NCBI GenBank assembly: GCA_019561615.1
Contig: JAHEQA010000017.1
Coordinates: 23,849-73,910 of the forward strand
Length of the DNA: 50,062 nucleotides
Direction of reading: 5' to 3'
Source: Methanothermococcus sp. SCGC AD-155-E23
Lineage (GTDB): Archaea > AGJL01 > Methanococci > Methanococcales > Methanococcaceae
Shown here in pieces: positions 1 to 10,149 of this stretch (its first letter is position 1; each line of letters begins with the position of its first letter). A model generated the notes under the pieces. It was not told the origin of the DNA. It made no database searches and saw nothing but the letters and a program-made list of their open reading frames with translations. Position numbers and translations under genes: made by a program.

Positions 1-334
1 TACCCTCCACTATGATGTAATCTAGGAAGGGGTACTTACTTACCTCGAGGGCGTACTCCTCATCCTCCTTACCCTCTATAGGTATGTAGATCCCAGTCTC
101 CTTTCCTAACTCCTTAGCCTTTCTCAGTATCTCAAGATCTTCTCCCTTCTCAATTACAACGATATCTGCATCTAGATCCTTAGATACAACCTTTATATTC
201 CCCAACTCCCTAACCCTCTCAATATCCTCCCTAGGTACGAAAACTGCAGGAATGGAACTTTCCAAGGCATCTTTTACAATCTCCTTTCTCTCCTCCCAGC
301 TATCACCACTTACATATACCCATCCAAACTTCAT
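1..334 (-). CDS. aroB': 3-dehydroquinate synthase II (archaeal AroB'), 5' part; runs off the window edge
   Basis: Not in the ORF track. Manual translation from ATG at 334: MKFGWVYVSGDSWEERKEIVKDALESSIPAVFV...YIIVEG, which resembles the N-terminus of Methanococcales DHQ synthase II. Confidence 0.8.
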   Translation of the reverse strand, partial: MKFGWVYVSGDSWEERKEIVKDALESSIPAVFVPREDIERVRELGNIKVVSKDLDADIVVIEKGEDLEILRKAKELGKETGIYIPIEGKEDEEYALEVSKYPFLDYIIVEG

Positions 335-352
335 AGTATCTCCTCCTACTTT

Positions 353-896
353 TTATAGTAGATTACAGTGTCTCCTCCTCATCTCCTCCTCAGATATATT
401 CATCCTCTTCCTCAAGAGGTATATTACCCCATCTAACAGTATAAATGCAAGTTCCTCAAAGAGGGTGCCCATTGGGAACCCTGTTATACTCCCCTATATT
501 CAGGTCTATATGGATATCTGACATTTTTCCTATTTCCCCTGCACCTCCAATGGATATTACCTTGATCTTCCACCCCTCCCTCCTCACCCTCTTAACCATA
601 TTGACTACAGAGTAGGTTCTTCCACTACCAGATATCACTACAAGTATATCTCCATCCTCTGCAGAGGGGCAGTTAGGCTCTCCAACGAAGTAGGCCTTAA
701 ACCCCAGGTGTGCCAACCTCATGGTAAAGGCCTGGGCGACGTATCCACTTCTACCAACGCCGTAGGTAAAGATCTTGGAGTGGGGGGAGGAGGTAATCTC
801 ATCTATTAACATCTTTACATTGTCCCAGTTTATACCTTTCAACCTTTCCAGGTGGAGAATTACCTCCCCTATATAATCTTCTAGCAAAACTATCAC
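353..896 (-). pseudogene. phi: 6-phospho-3-hexuloisomerase (SIS domain), frameshifted near 480 (probably a sequence error)
   Basis: GVGRSG and VISGSGRT SIS motifs. The conserved C-terminus FPMGTLFEELAFILLDG...RHCNLL* continues in another frame down to a stop at 353. Confidence 0.85.
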
Positions 897-1660
897 CTGA
901 AAAGATCCTCCTCCTTAGGCCTTATTAGATCCTTCCCCTTTCCATCTGTAAAGGGTACTGGAGCATTTCTCACTATCACCACAGGTACTCCCTCCTGGGA
1001 TTCCCCCATAAGTATGGAGGCGGCAGAGGCCAACTCATCCCCTATGGCAACCTCTGTACTCTTCAAAGGTCTGTTAAAGAGATCCCTCTCCCCTCTCCTA
1101 TCCCAGAGTGCACATATCCCACTAACACCTATGGCCACGCCACAGGCACCCCTCCTGAAGGGTCTTCCCATACTGTCACTTATTATAACCCCTATCCTCT
1201 TCCCAGTCTTCCTCTCTATTATCTCCCTAAGTAGAGAGGCACTTCTATCAGGATCCTTAGGGAGGGGTTTTATCCCATCCTTAACGTTACTCTCATCCAC
1301 TCCACTGTTGGCACATACAAATCCATGTTTAGTCTCTGTGATGATGAAACCCTCCCCCACTTTCACTACCTCCCTGGCCTCATCCAGTATTACCTGGACA
1401 ACCTCTGGAGACTTCCCTAACCTCTCCGCCAACCTATAGGCCTCAGGTGTTGGTTTAACTTCCTCCCTCTTTACAATGTTGCCTTCAAGTTTTGATATAA
1501 GTGTCTCTGCCACCACAATAATATCTCCATCCCTCAATGGATAGGTGGCCAGGAGGTCCGCCAGGTACTCTATCCCCAATTTGTCCTCCTCAGATATTAC
1601 AGGTATTTCCAAGCCTATAAGTTCCATCCTTCTCTTCTCTTTTATATACCTCTCAACCAT
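893..1660 (-). CDS. cofE: coenzyme F420-0:L-glutamate ligase
   Basis: ETLISKLEG, CANSGVDESN, SDSMGRPFRRG and DELASAA motifs. Confidence 0.93.
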   Translation of the reverse strand: MVERYIKEKRRMELIGLEIPVISEEDKLGIEYLADLLATYPLRDGDIIVVAETLISKLEGNIVKREEVKPTPEAYRLAERLGKSPEVVQVILDEAREVVKVGEGFIITETKHGFVCANSGVDESNVKDGIKPLPKDPDRSASLLREIIERKTGKRIGVIISDSMGRPFRRGACGVAIGVSGICALWDRRGERDLFNRPLKSTEVAIGDELASAASILMGESQEGVPVVIVRNAPVPFTDGKGKDLIRPKEEDLFR

Positions 1661-2029
1661 GGGATCCCAGATATAGATCCTGTATTAGAGTTTTCTCTGT
1701 TATCAACTATAAAAATCTTAAAAGAAGAGGTAGTGTGAAGATAATGTAAGGTAGTAAGTATTTATGGAATTCCAGCCATATTACAGATGAGTATAAGAGG
1801 TTGTCTGATATAACTATAATATAGCCAGTCTACCCTCCATAGCACCTCCCTGTAGAGTAAGAGGTAGGATAGAAAGATAAGTGACAACATCCACTGGGAT
1901 ACTCCCATCTCAGGGGGAAGAAGAGAAAATACATTGGTGGAGATGACCTTAAATATTATTAACTTGGAGAGATCATTTTTTAACAGGTCCTGTATACTTT
2001 TTGATATAGAAAAATCCCAGGGATTTACT

Positions 2030-2581
2030 ATGGATATAAAGGAAGTGCTAAATTTGGTATTTAACGGATACGGTGAGGAGGATAAAAATTATAAGAAGGA
2101 GGTATACTTTCTATCTAACTTTCTAAGTGCACTGGTGTTCTTCATCATCCATCTCATTCTCCAGTTTTTTAAGGACATTGGATTTCTAGTTGCTATAGCT
2201 ATTCTTATTATCCTTATGGGTTTGGGAGCTATAGTGAAATACAGGAGGTCTAAGTTAGAGGTATATAGCTACTTTAACAGGATTATGGATGAGATCGTAT
2301 GTTATGCCCTACTGTGTATTATTGTCTCCTCCCTTACAGTCTTCTTCATATACCCCTCCCTTTTAGGGGTGTTTATAGCCTCTATATATGGGCTCATAAT
2401 GGCTATTGAGGGGATACTTTTCAAATCCAAGGTTAGGAAGTTTGGAGGGATACTTCTTATATTCTCCACATTAGCTATGATAGTATATCTAAATTATCAA
2501 TTCCTAATACTGGCTATAGTACAGGTAATAAATGCATTTCTACAACTACTTATCCCACTGGAAAAGAGAGACACTAGCTAA
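2030..2581 (+). CDS. hypothetical multi-pass membrane protein
   Basis: About 6 hydrophobic segments. ATG at 2030 (MDIKEV) preferred over the track start at 1934. Confidence 0.7.
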   Translation: MDIKEVLNLVFNGYGEEDKNYKKEVYFLSNFLSALVFFIIHLILQFFKDIGFLVAIAILIILMGLGAIVKYRRSKLEVYSYFNRIMDEIVCYALLCIIVSSLTVFFIYPSLLGVFIASIYGLIMAIEGILFKSKVRKFGGILLIFSTLAMIVYLNYQFLILAIVQVINAFLQLLIPLEKRDTS

Positions 2582-3638
2582 TTACCTTTATATACTCGTT
2601 AAATGCCTCCCTGGATGTGCCTACTACAACCCTTAAATACTCCCCTTTAGGGGTTATCACCCTCTCCAACTTTCCCCTGGCAACTATCCTCTCTCCCTTG
2701 AAGGCCTGACCTGCATAGGTATGGGTAAAGGATACAACCTCCTTAATACCAGCTGCCAGATGATTATCTCTATCTAATATTTTCACATCCTCTACCTTGT
2801 ATATAGCTGGGTTATCAAAGATATAGTCGTCGTTAACTACAAGGGCCTCTATCTCAACAGGTCCCAGGTCTCTGTAGAGAAAATCTAGATTATCCTCTAT
2901 CTCGTGCCAATCCCTAGTTGCAAGTAGATCGAAGGTTGTACCTTTGATTACTCCCCTGTTATACTTTCTAATCTCATGTCTTAGAAACTCCTGGTAGGTG
3001 AGGGTGTTATCCTTTATTCTCTTTTTATACACCCTTCTCCAATGTTCCTCTGAAAGGGGCTTTATAATATCCCTGTATCTCTCATCTTCAAAGATAGATT
3101 TTAGTATCTCCCTTGCCTTCCTGTGGTTCTTCATGCCGTATATTACAAAGTCTATATCTGAGTTCTCACTGTTTAATCTTAGGAGGGTGGAACCAGACAC
3201 TCCCATGTGTTTATAGTCCAGACCCCACTGATGGAATACATGGGCAAGGGTTTTACACTTCTCCTCAAAGGGACTTTGACAGTTGTTTAATATCTCCTCC
3301 AACCTCTCCTGGGGCCTTAATACTCTAATTATCTCCTCTCTACTAACCCCATGTAGCAGGACATCCCTTCTCTCGTCGTAGTACAGGTACTCTGGATACA
3401 TATCCCTTAATATCTTATAGGTTTTCCAGGTATCTGCTATCTTGATGTACCTCCTCCCATCTACCTCCCTTATATCCTTTCTATTTAGATTGTACCTCTC
3501 TATAACCTCCTTCCCCACCACATCTAGGTTTAAATATCTGAGAAATGCAAAAACCCTATCCCTGGGATGTTCGTAGGTATTCACCGCAAAGAATCCAATT
3601 TCTGTTTCTACAAAGTCCCTTAATCTAACCTTTAACAT
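2574..3638 (-). CDS. Pol-beta-superfamily nucleotidyltransferase with C-terminal OB-like domain, function unknown
   Basis: GVSGS-x8-SDIDFVIYG NTase signature. C-terminal FKGERIVARGKLE is OB-like. Confidence 0.75.
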   Translation of the reverse strand: MLKVRLRDFVETEIGFFAVNTYEHPRDRVFAFLRYLNLDVVGKEVIERYNLNRKDIREVDGRRYIKIADTWKTYKILRDMYPEYLYYDERRDVLLHGVSREEIIRVLRPQERLEEILNNCQSPFEEKCKTLAHVFHQWGLDYKHMGVSGSTLLRLNSENSDIDFVIYGMKNHRKAREILKSIFEDERYRDIIKPLSEEHWRRVYKKRIKDNTLTYQEFLRHEIRKYNRGVIKGTTFDLLATRDWHEIEDNLDFLYRDLGPVEIEALVVNDDYIFDNPAIYKVEDVKILDRDNHLAAGIKEVVSFTHTYAGQAFKGERIVARGKLERVITPKGEYLRVVVGTSREAFNEYIKVIS

Positions 3639-4195
3639 ACTTTCCCATTACCCCTCATATACTCTAAAATAGCCCTCCTAATATCCTCTACAGTGTCAAG
3701 GACTGTAATACCCTCCATCTTCCTTAACCTATCAACGTTCTCCACATCCTCCTTCCTTATACGTAACTTTAATGTCTTTCCTCCAGGTATGACAGTCTCT
3801 ATCTCCCCTACCTTGTTATCTGGAGGGAATATATAGACAGGTACCCTTCCCTTGATAGCCTGGGACACCGAGTTTGTAATAAGTGTATCTGCTATACAGT
3901 GGGCAATCTTCGCCACAGTATTTGCAGTTGCAGGTGCTACAAGGAAGATATCGTATTTTCCAGTTTGTAGCTCCCCTGCCAGGAATGGGGCGTTGGCATC
4001 TACCTCTACCTTTATCTCCTGGAACTCTGCCATCACCTTATCCCATAGCCTATACCACTTCAGTACTCTTTTAGCACTTTTGGAGGCGTATACATCTATG
4101 TCCAGATGGAATTCATCTTTCAACTCTATCATGGTGTCTACTACTTCCTCTATCTTATCTCCACAACCTGTGATACCCCAGGCGATTTTTATCAT
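3632..4195 (-). CDS. afpA: archaeoflavoprotein AfpA (HFCD flavoprotein family)
   Basis: IAWGITGCG and APATANTVAKIAHCIADTLITN. Start overlaps the gapor stop (ATGA). Confidence 0.85.
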   Translation of the reverse strand: MIKIAWGITGCGDKIEEVVDTMIELKDEFHLDIDVYASKSAKRVLKWYRLWDKVMAEFQEIKVEVDANAPFLAGELQTGKYDIFLVAPATANTVAKIAHCIADTLITNSVSQAIKGRVPVYIFPPDNKVGEIETVIPGGKTLKLRIRKEDVENVDRLRKMEGITVLDTVEDIRRAILEYMRGNGKVC

Positions 4196-6093
4196 AGTTC
4201 TCCCTCTATTCTCCAATCTATACCCAGTAGTTTACTGTACTCCTCAAGTACCCTCCCTATATACTCCTTTAACTTCTTCTCCCCCTCTCTCTTGAAGTAG
4301 GAGGTCCATCTCTCATTTCCAAACTCCTCAGCCCCCTTTACTATTAGGTCCTTAACCCTCTCACTTTCAATATAGGGTGGGTAACCTCCCAACTTCCTGT
4401 CGTAGAGCCATATGTCCCTTATCAACTTTCGGGTAATCTTCTTTATATCCTCCCCTGTAACCTCCCTTACCAGGACATCCAGTATTGGGGCACACCAACC
4501 TCTGTGGAATCTACACAACCCTACGTTATCCAGGGTGATCTCCTCTATAACCCTCTCCACACTTAACCTGGCCAACTCCTCAGGTTCTGGAAATACCCCA
4601 GCCTTGTAGTAGGTAAGGTATCTCCCCTGTATGAGATAAGGGATAAAGTTCCCAATTGCCCAGTACATAGTTGGAGATATCCCACCCTCCTCTCCAAAGG
4701 GTACGTATACCCCGTAGTCGTTAAATCTCTTTTTATCCTTTATCCTCTCCTTAAATCTCTTATTTAGTATCCTGGAGGCCTTCCTTATCCCTAGTCCCAG
4801 TATCCTCCCCATCTCATTCTTCCTGAAGGCCATGATCTCTGCCAACTTAACTGCCAACTCCCCGTTGTACTGGGAGTTCCTTAACATTTCCTCCTCGTCC
4901 CTATACTGGGATATCTCAAATACAGGTTTGTCTATACCTACCTCCTCAGGTTTTAACAGCCCCACATGGAGAAGTTCAAATACCCAGGCTATTAAATTCC
5001 CACATTCTATAGCGTCGAAACCTAAGGAGTCGATAGTATGGACTACCTTGTCAATGGCGTATATGTCGAAGATACCTAGGAGTGGTCCACCTGCCTCATA
5101 GGGCTCATAGTCTACTTTCAAACCCCTTCTGTACTTCTTACATTGGACAGGGCAAGGTTCCCCACAGGTTGTCCAATTCCTAGGTTCAATTGCCTCCCTG
5201 TTGAACCTCTCTACAAGGTACTTTACAATCCTCCTATGAAACTCCATTCTAACATCTTTAGGGATATAGGGCATCCTCCAGTTGAATATGGGGGTGGTAT
5301 CCAGGAGGTAGAGGTAGTTGTTTCCAAAGGTACCTCCTGTTCCAGTCTCCTCGTTGTACCTGTACTTCCTGGTATGTTCCAGGATAACCTCTATATAGGG
5401 CTTGTTGTAGTACTCCTCCACTATCTTTCTAAGTCTCCTACTTAGCTCCCTTTCCCTCTTTAACTCCTTCTTTAAATCCTCTCCGTAGTATACAACACCT
5501 AAGATGTTATGGGCCCTGAAGAGAACGGAACCAACGCCACCTCTTCCAGCCCAGTCCTCTGAACCCTCAAGGAGTTTCCCATTTTTTACACTCTGAGAGA
5601 ATATGGCGCCCATGTTGGTGTTTATTCCAGCAGGTCCCACCAGGAGAGCCCTGTAATTCCTCTCCCCGAATAACTCCAGGATATACTGGTTTAGGTGATA
5701 GATACTGTTATACCCCTCCAAGTAGGACTCCATATCTATAAAGTCTATCTTTATTCCCTCTCCATTCCCCTCTATTACAAGGAGACTAGGTTTATCACAT
5801 CTTCCTACGATGGCTACATTCCTCAACCCTGTGAATTTAAGGGTATACCCTGCTCCACCCATTGCTGAATAGTAGAAGCCATCCCACAGTGGAGATCTGA
5901 AGGTAAATATCAACCTGTTTCCACCTATTACAGGTAGTATACCCCTGCCAAAGGTTAGTACATTCCTCTCATGGTAGGGAGGATACTTCCAGGTCTCATA
6001 CCTGTGATGTATGTAGACCCCCCAACTTAGTGGGAGGAAATCCCCCTCTACAGTTTCAAACTTCTTATTTCTTACATCTATCACTATATTCAT
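4192..6093 (-). CDS. gor: glyceraldehyde-3-phosphate:ferredoxin oxidoreductase (GAPOR, AOR family)
   Basis: FRSPLWDGFYYSAMGGAG, AGRGGVG, CGEPCPVQCKK, DYEPYEA and CRFHRGW motifs. Confidence 0.9.
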   Translation of the reverse strand: MNIVIDVRNKKFETVEGDFLPLSWGVYIHHRYETWKYPPYHERNVLTFGRGILPVIGGNRLIFTFRSPLWDGFYYSAMGGAGYTLKFTGLRNVAIVGRCDKPSLLVIEGNGEGIKIDFIDMESYLEGYNSIYHLNQYILELFGERNYRALLVGPAGINTNMGAIFSQSVKNGKLLEGSEDWAGRGGVGSVLFRAHNILGVVYYGEDLKKELKRERELSRRLRKIVEEYYNKPYIEVILEHTRKYRYNEETGTGGTFGNNYLYLLDTTPIFNWRMPYIPKDVRMEFHRRIVKYLVERFNREAIEPRNWTTCGEPCPVQCKKYRRGLKVDYEPYEAGGPLLGIFDIYAIDKVVHTIDSLGFDAIECGNLIAWVFELLHVGLLKPEEVGIDKPVFEISQYRDEEEMLRNSQYNGELAVKLAEIMAFRKNEMGRILGLGIRKASRILNKRFKERIKDKKRFNDYGVYVPFGEEGGISPTMYWAIGNFIPYLIQGRYLTYYKAGVFPEPEELARLSVERVIEEITLDNVGLCRFHRGWCAPILDVLVREVTGEDIKKITRKLIRDIWLYDRKLGGYPPYIESERVKDLIVKGAEEFGNERWTSYFKREGEKKLKEYIGRVLEEYSKLLGIDWRIEGEL

Positions 6094-6109
6094 GGTTTTT
6101 ACCCTTTAT

Positions 6110-6796
6110 CTAATTCTCACCGTGGAAGTAGAGGCCGTGTTCCTTAAGGACACCTTCTATATGTCTCTTCAACTCCTCATCCTCTGAGACTACACCATAG
6201 GGGTATACGTATGCCCTGTTATCTATATTGATACGGGGATACATGGGCTCCAGGTACACCTCCTCCAGGAGGGACTTCTTTAGATACTGGGTTGTCTTTG
6301 TTAGATTTACAAGTACCGGTGGTACATATGGGGGGTTGTTCTTAGGTATGATCCACTTGGTACCGTAGTATATGAAGTAGTTGGGGTTTATCAGTAGGTA
6401 TATCTCCCCATGGATCTCTAAGGCAAGGGTCCAGGAGAATACCCCCCTTGTAAATCCCAGTAGTCTTCCTAGATATGCAGTCTTTGGGTTGTTGTATCCA
6501 ACCTTTAAGGTTCTACCTACTATCCTTGAGAGGGCCTCCTTTACATGGATATTCTTTGGATTTGTAGGTAGGGAGGTCTTAGGTAGGATATTTGTAGGAG
6601 TATGAGTCTCAGGTTTTATCATATGAAGGGCCCTCAAGGGATAAAAATAGTAGTGATTTTTCTTGTTTAACATTACAACTCCTTCCAAAGGTCCGTTGAA
6701 GTCAAACTTTATTAACTTACCTCTGTAGGTGTTAAAGGACTTGTTCAGTGTAAATTCTCCGTAGGTGTTGTTTTTTATGAGATACTGGACCTTCAA
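6110..6796 (-). CDS. hypothetical protein, possibly two Sm/Hfq-like domains
   Basis: 228-aa ORF with a TTG start after a purine-rich SD, packed between ftr and gapor. Confidence 0.7.
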   Translation of the reverse strand: MKVQYLIKNNTYGEFTLNKSFNTYRGKLIKFDFNGPLEGVVMLNKKNHYYFYPLRALHMIKPETHTPTNILPKTSLPTNPKNIHVKEALSRIVGRTLKVGYNNPKTAYLGRLLGFTRGVFSWTLALEIHGEIYLLINPNYFIYYGTKWIIPKNNPPYVPPVLVNLTKTTQYLKKSLLEEVYLEPMYPRINIDNRAYVYPYGVVSEDEELKRHIEGVLKEHGLYFHGEN

Positions 6797-6834
6797 ATTA
6801 AATCCCCTGTAAAACTTTTAAAAAATAATAAGGA

Positions 6835-7740
6835 TTATTCAAATAGTTCCCTTAGCCTTATCTGGTACTTACCTAACTTACCTCCGTAGTTACCTGCAGA
6901 TATCCTCTTAACTCCCTTCACAGTTGTTGCAGTTAGGATACCTACCTTCATAGCCTTCTTAACAGACTCCTCATCTACACCATCTATTACAATCTCGTAT
7001 ATTCCATTTACATCCTCTGGGACCTCTGAGTCCTCTACAACATCCCTAAGTGTTGGACATAACTTGTGGTTGGTGGTGGCCTTCATAAACTTATACTTTG
7101 GATTGGAGGCACCTACCTTACTACCAGAGGCTACTATTCCTCCTGGGAAGGGGGTTATTACCTTCTCCACAGATCTAATGGCGTTTACTGCAGCCTCCGC
7201 TGCCACCAGGGCAGTCATGTTGGTATCTGCCATTATGAAGAAGTTCCCCCCTGCAACCCCTTTCTTAATACCGAATTTATTCTCCACTATAAACTCCCCA
7301 CCCATTATAGGTATCCTATAGACTGTTCTCTCTCCTAGCTTGTCCTTCTTCTCATAACCGTCTCCAAAGAACTTCAACTTAAACCCTACCTTAACATGCT
7401 CCTCTGCCTCTTCACCCATGGCGTCAAAGGCTGCAGTTGTAGGGGCTGTTAGAACACACTGTCCAAGTCTAGCCAGAAGTTGTTTTTCCAACTCTGATTT
7501 CTTAGGATGACATATCTCTATTATAAAGCCAGGTCTTCCATCAGGTGTCTTTGTTGGAGGTACGTACTTCTCAATACCTGCCTCGGCAGGACACATGATA
7601 ACTGAACATCCAAACCCTGTAGCCTCTGTTGCCGCTATCTTTGCAAGTCTCTTTGTGGCTGCAGTTATTAGGACCCTTGAAACCCATATGGGAAATGCCT
7701 CGGCAAAGGTGTCCTCTATATATACTCCATTAATCTCCAT
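6835..7740 (-). CDS. ftr: formylmethanofuran:tetrahydromethanopterin formyltransferase
   Basis: [30 protein letters not shown] and [10 protein letters not shown]. Confidence 0.97.
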   Translation of the reverse strand: MEINGVYIEDTFAEAFPIWVSRVLITAATKRLAKIAATEATGFGCSVIMCPAEAGIEKYVPPTKTPDGRPGFIIEICHPKKSELEKQLLARLGQCVLTAPTTAAFDAMGEEAEEHVKVGFKLKFFGDGYEKKDKLGERTVYRIPIMGGEFIVENKFGIKKGVAGGNFFIMADTNMTALVAAEAAVNAIRSVEKVITPFPGGIVASGSKVGASNPKYKFMKATTNHKLCPTLRDVVEDSEVPEDVNGIYEIVIDGVDEESVKKAMKVGILTATTVKGVKRISAGNYGGKLGKYQIRLRELFE

Positions 7741-7749
7741 ACCTCTCAC

Positions 7750-7866
7750 CTTTTCCCTATTACTTTAAAAGTTTGTTTTGATGCTATTTAAATCTTTATA
7801 CCTCACCAAAAGTTATTTATATTAGCTGTAAATAACCCCTTAGGGATAAATGAGAACGGTGAAAAC
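7750..7866. promoter_or_regulatory. divergent promoter region ftr / rps15
   Basis: AT-rich. CCAAAAG-TTATTTATAT (BRE/TATA-like) near 7806-7822 on +, TTTAAA boxes for -, GGTGA SD before both genes. Confidence 0.55.
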
Positions 7867-8322
7867 ATGGCAAGGATGCACGCAAGGAGAAGGGGAGCCT
7901 CTGGTTCTAAAAAGCCCCTGAGGACAGAGCCGCCAAAGTGGGTCACCATGACCCCTGAAGAGGTGGAGAACAAGGTTGTGGAGTTGGCGAAGAAGGGGTA
8001 TCAATCTGCAATGATAGGACTTATCTTAAGGGACACCTACGGTATCCCAGATGTAAAGTTAATCACTGGAAAAAGTATAAGCGATATAATGAAGGAACAT
8101 AACGTCTATCCAGAGGTGCCTGAAGATCTGTTAAATTTAATGAAGAGGGCAGTTAATTTAAGGAACCACCTGGAGAACCATCCAAAGGACCTACACTCCA
8201 AGAGAGGATTGCAACTTATAGAGTCAAAGATTAGAAGACTGGTTAAATACTACAGGAGGAAAAAGGTACTACCTGAGAACTGGAAGTACACACCAGAGAT
8301 TGCAAAGTTGCTGGTAGAGTAA
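7867..8322 (+). CDS. rps15: 30S ribosomal protein uS15 (S15P/S13e)
   Basis: [14 protein letters not shown]...[22 protein letters not shown]. Confidence 0.97.
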   Translation: MARMHARRRGASGSKKPLRTEPPKWVTMTPEEVENKVVELAKKGYQSAMIGLILRDTYGIPDVKLITGKSISDIMKEHNVYPEVPEDLLNLMKRAVNLRNHLENHPKDLHSKRGLQLIESKIRRLVKYYRRKKVLPENWKYTPEIAKLLVE

Positions 8323-8333
8323 TCTATTTTAAT

Positions 8334-8377
8334 TACATCCCCTATATCTATTTTTTAAAGAGAGATAGGGGATTGTA
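8334..8377 (+). terminator. imperfect hairpin with T-run downstream of rps15
   Basis: TACATCCCCTATATCT...AGAGATAGGGGATTGTA inverted repeat around a T6 run. Confidence 0.4.
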
Positions 8378-8607
8378 TGGATGCCCAAGTGCTGGAATAT
8401 TACCATCCACTTTTACAGAAATTTCTCCAAAGGCTGTTTTATAGATACCAATATAGTCTCAGATGATGGGATAAACACTAAAAACTTGACGTTATAACTT
8501 GTCAAATCTCCAGACATGATCAGAGATGGATACTAAAACTTCCACATCTAATCTATTTACAATCCACCACTTATTTTAGACTTCTAAATTCTCCAGGGTT
8601 GTCCCAT

Positions 8608-10086
8608 ATGAAATTCAGCGATTATATAGTAGATTTTCTGCTAGATAAAGGTGTAAAAACTGTATTTTCCTACCCTGGAGAGCAGATAATGGATATCTAC
8701 AAGAATCTGGAGGACTCCCCTATAAAAAATATCCTGGTGAGACATGAACAGGGGGCAGCCCATATGGCAGATGGGTATGCCAGGATCACCAACTATGTAG
8801 GGGTATGTTTGGCAACTGCTGGACCAGGATCTACAAATTTAACAACTGGAATATATACGGCCTATAAAGACTCCTCCTCAACTTTAGCCATTACTGGGAG
8901 ATGTGAGAGGAAGTATATAAATAAGAATTACTTCCAGGAGGTGGATACAGGTTTTCTAAATATATACAGGGGATACCTACTAGAGAAACCAGATGCCAAG
9001 ATTCTCCATGAAGCCTTTCAGGAGTGTCTAAGTAGTAAAAAACCTGTATCTCTAAGTATACCTAGGGATATCCTTTCTATGGAGGTTATACTAGATAGTG
9101 AAGATAGGGGGGAAGACAGTACCTTGGAGGTAAAAATCCCTAGAGATATTAAAGAGGCTAAAAAGCCTCTAATCCTTATAGGTCAGGGTATATACGGTAC
9201 TTTAAAATACAGGGATATGACTAAGATAGGCAAGATACTGAAAAAATTAAATATTCCCCTTGTTACCACCTTCCCTGCAAGGGGTGTTGTTGAAGAGACC
9301 TATAACTACAACTTAGGTCTAGTGGGAAGGAGGGGTACACCCACTGCAAATAGATACCTCCTAGAGAGTGATAGGATAATCTCTGTTGGGGCAAGTTTGT
9401 CCTACAACACCATACCTGAGAGTATAAGGGAGAGTACCTTAAAGAAGATAACTCCCCTAGATGTGAGGATAAACTCCCTAGATAACATTAAGTATATAGT
9501 GGAGGAGATAGATGAAACACTTCCACAGGTGGAACCTCCAGAGAGGGAGGTCCCTGTACTAGACCTAGGGGACTACTCCTCTAAGGTACTGGAGATAGTA
9601 AAGAACATACCTGAGGATGGGATAGTTGTTACAGATGCTGGTAACCACACAGTCTTCCTATCACTACTTAGGACCTGTAAATTGCCAAGGAGTATTATCT
9701 CCTCCCACAGTATGGGTACCATGGGCTTTGGGCTTCCAGCCTCCATAGGTGTTAAGTTTGGATGTATGGATTATAACATCGAGAGGGAGGTTATCTCCAT
9801 AAGTGGAGATGGAGGTTTCCAGATGAACCTCCAGGAACTCTCCACCTTGGAGGAAAACAACTTAAAGATACTTCTCATTGTAATGAAGAATAACAGATTA
9901 AATGGTTTCTGTGAAATTAAGAATCCAGATTTCAACAGGATAGCAGATGGCTACGGTATAGACAACGTCTTTATCGAGGATATTGAGGATATTAAACCAA
10001 ATATTAGGTACTACTTAAGGGGGAACAAGCCCTATCTCATGGTTGTAGAATGTAAAGATGAGAAATTGCCTAAACCTTTTCTCTAG
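8608..10086 (+). CDS. ThDP-dependent enzyme, acetolactate synthase large subunit-like (short, divergent)
   Basis: YPGEQ, RHEQGAAHMADGYAR, GPGSTN, GTMGFGLP and the GDGGF...NN ThDP motif. Confidence 0.85.
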   Translation: MKFSDYIVDFLLDKGVKTVFSYPGEQIMDIYKNLEDSPIKNILVRHEQGAAHMADGYARITNYVGVCLATAGPGSTNLTTGIYTAYKDSSSTLAITGRCERKYINKNYFQEVDTGFLNIYRGYLLEKPDAKILHEAFQECLSSKKPVSLSIPRDILSMEVILDSEDRGEDSTLEVKIPRDIKEAKKPLILIGQGIYGTLKYRDMTKIGKILKKLNIPLVTTFPARGVVEETYNYNLGLVGRRGTPTANRYLLESDRIISVGASLSYNTIPESIRESTLKKITPLDVRINSLDNIKYIVEEIDETLPQVEPPEREVPVLDLGDYSSKVLEIVKNIPEDGIVVTDAGNHTVFLSLLRTCKLPRSIISSHSMGTMGFGLPASIGVKFGCMDYNIEREVISISGDGGFQMNLQELSTLEENNLKILLIVMKNNRLNGFCEIKNPDFNRIADGYGIDNVFIEDIEDIKPNIRYYLRGNKPYLMVVECKDEKLPKPFL

Positions 10087-10149
10087 TATTTTTAAATATT
10101 TGTCTTAATTTAAATATTTGATATTATAAATATAGAGAGGGGGTCAGAG

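Noticed and set aside
1785-1810. GATGA...CTGA as a C/D box sRNA
   Set aside because: The boxes are only about 15 nt apart, with no room for guides or C'/D' boxes.
1934-2029. Track N-terminal extensions (also rps17e 37263-37298, ehaD 49014-49058, afpA 4196-4216)
   Set aside because: Better SD-linked or overlap-coupled starts lie downstream, and the extensions run through promoter-like or neighbouring-gene sequence.
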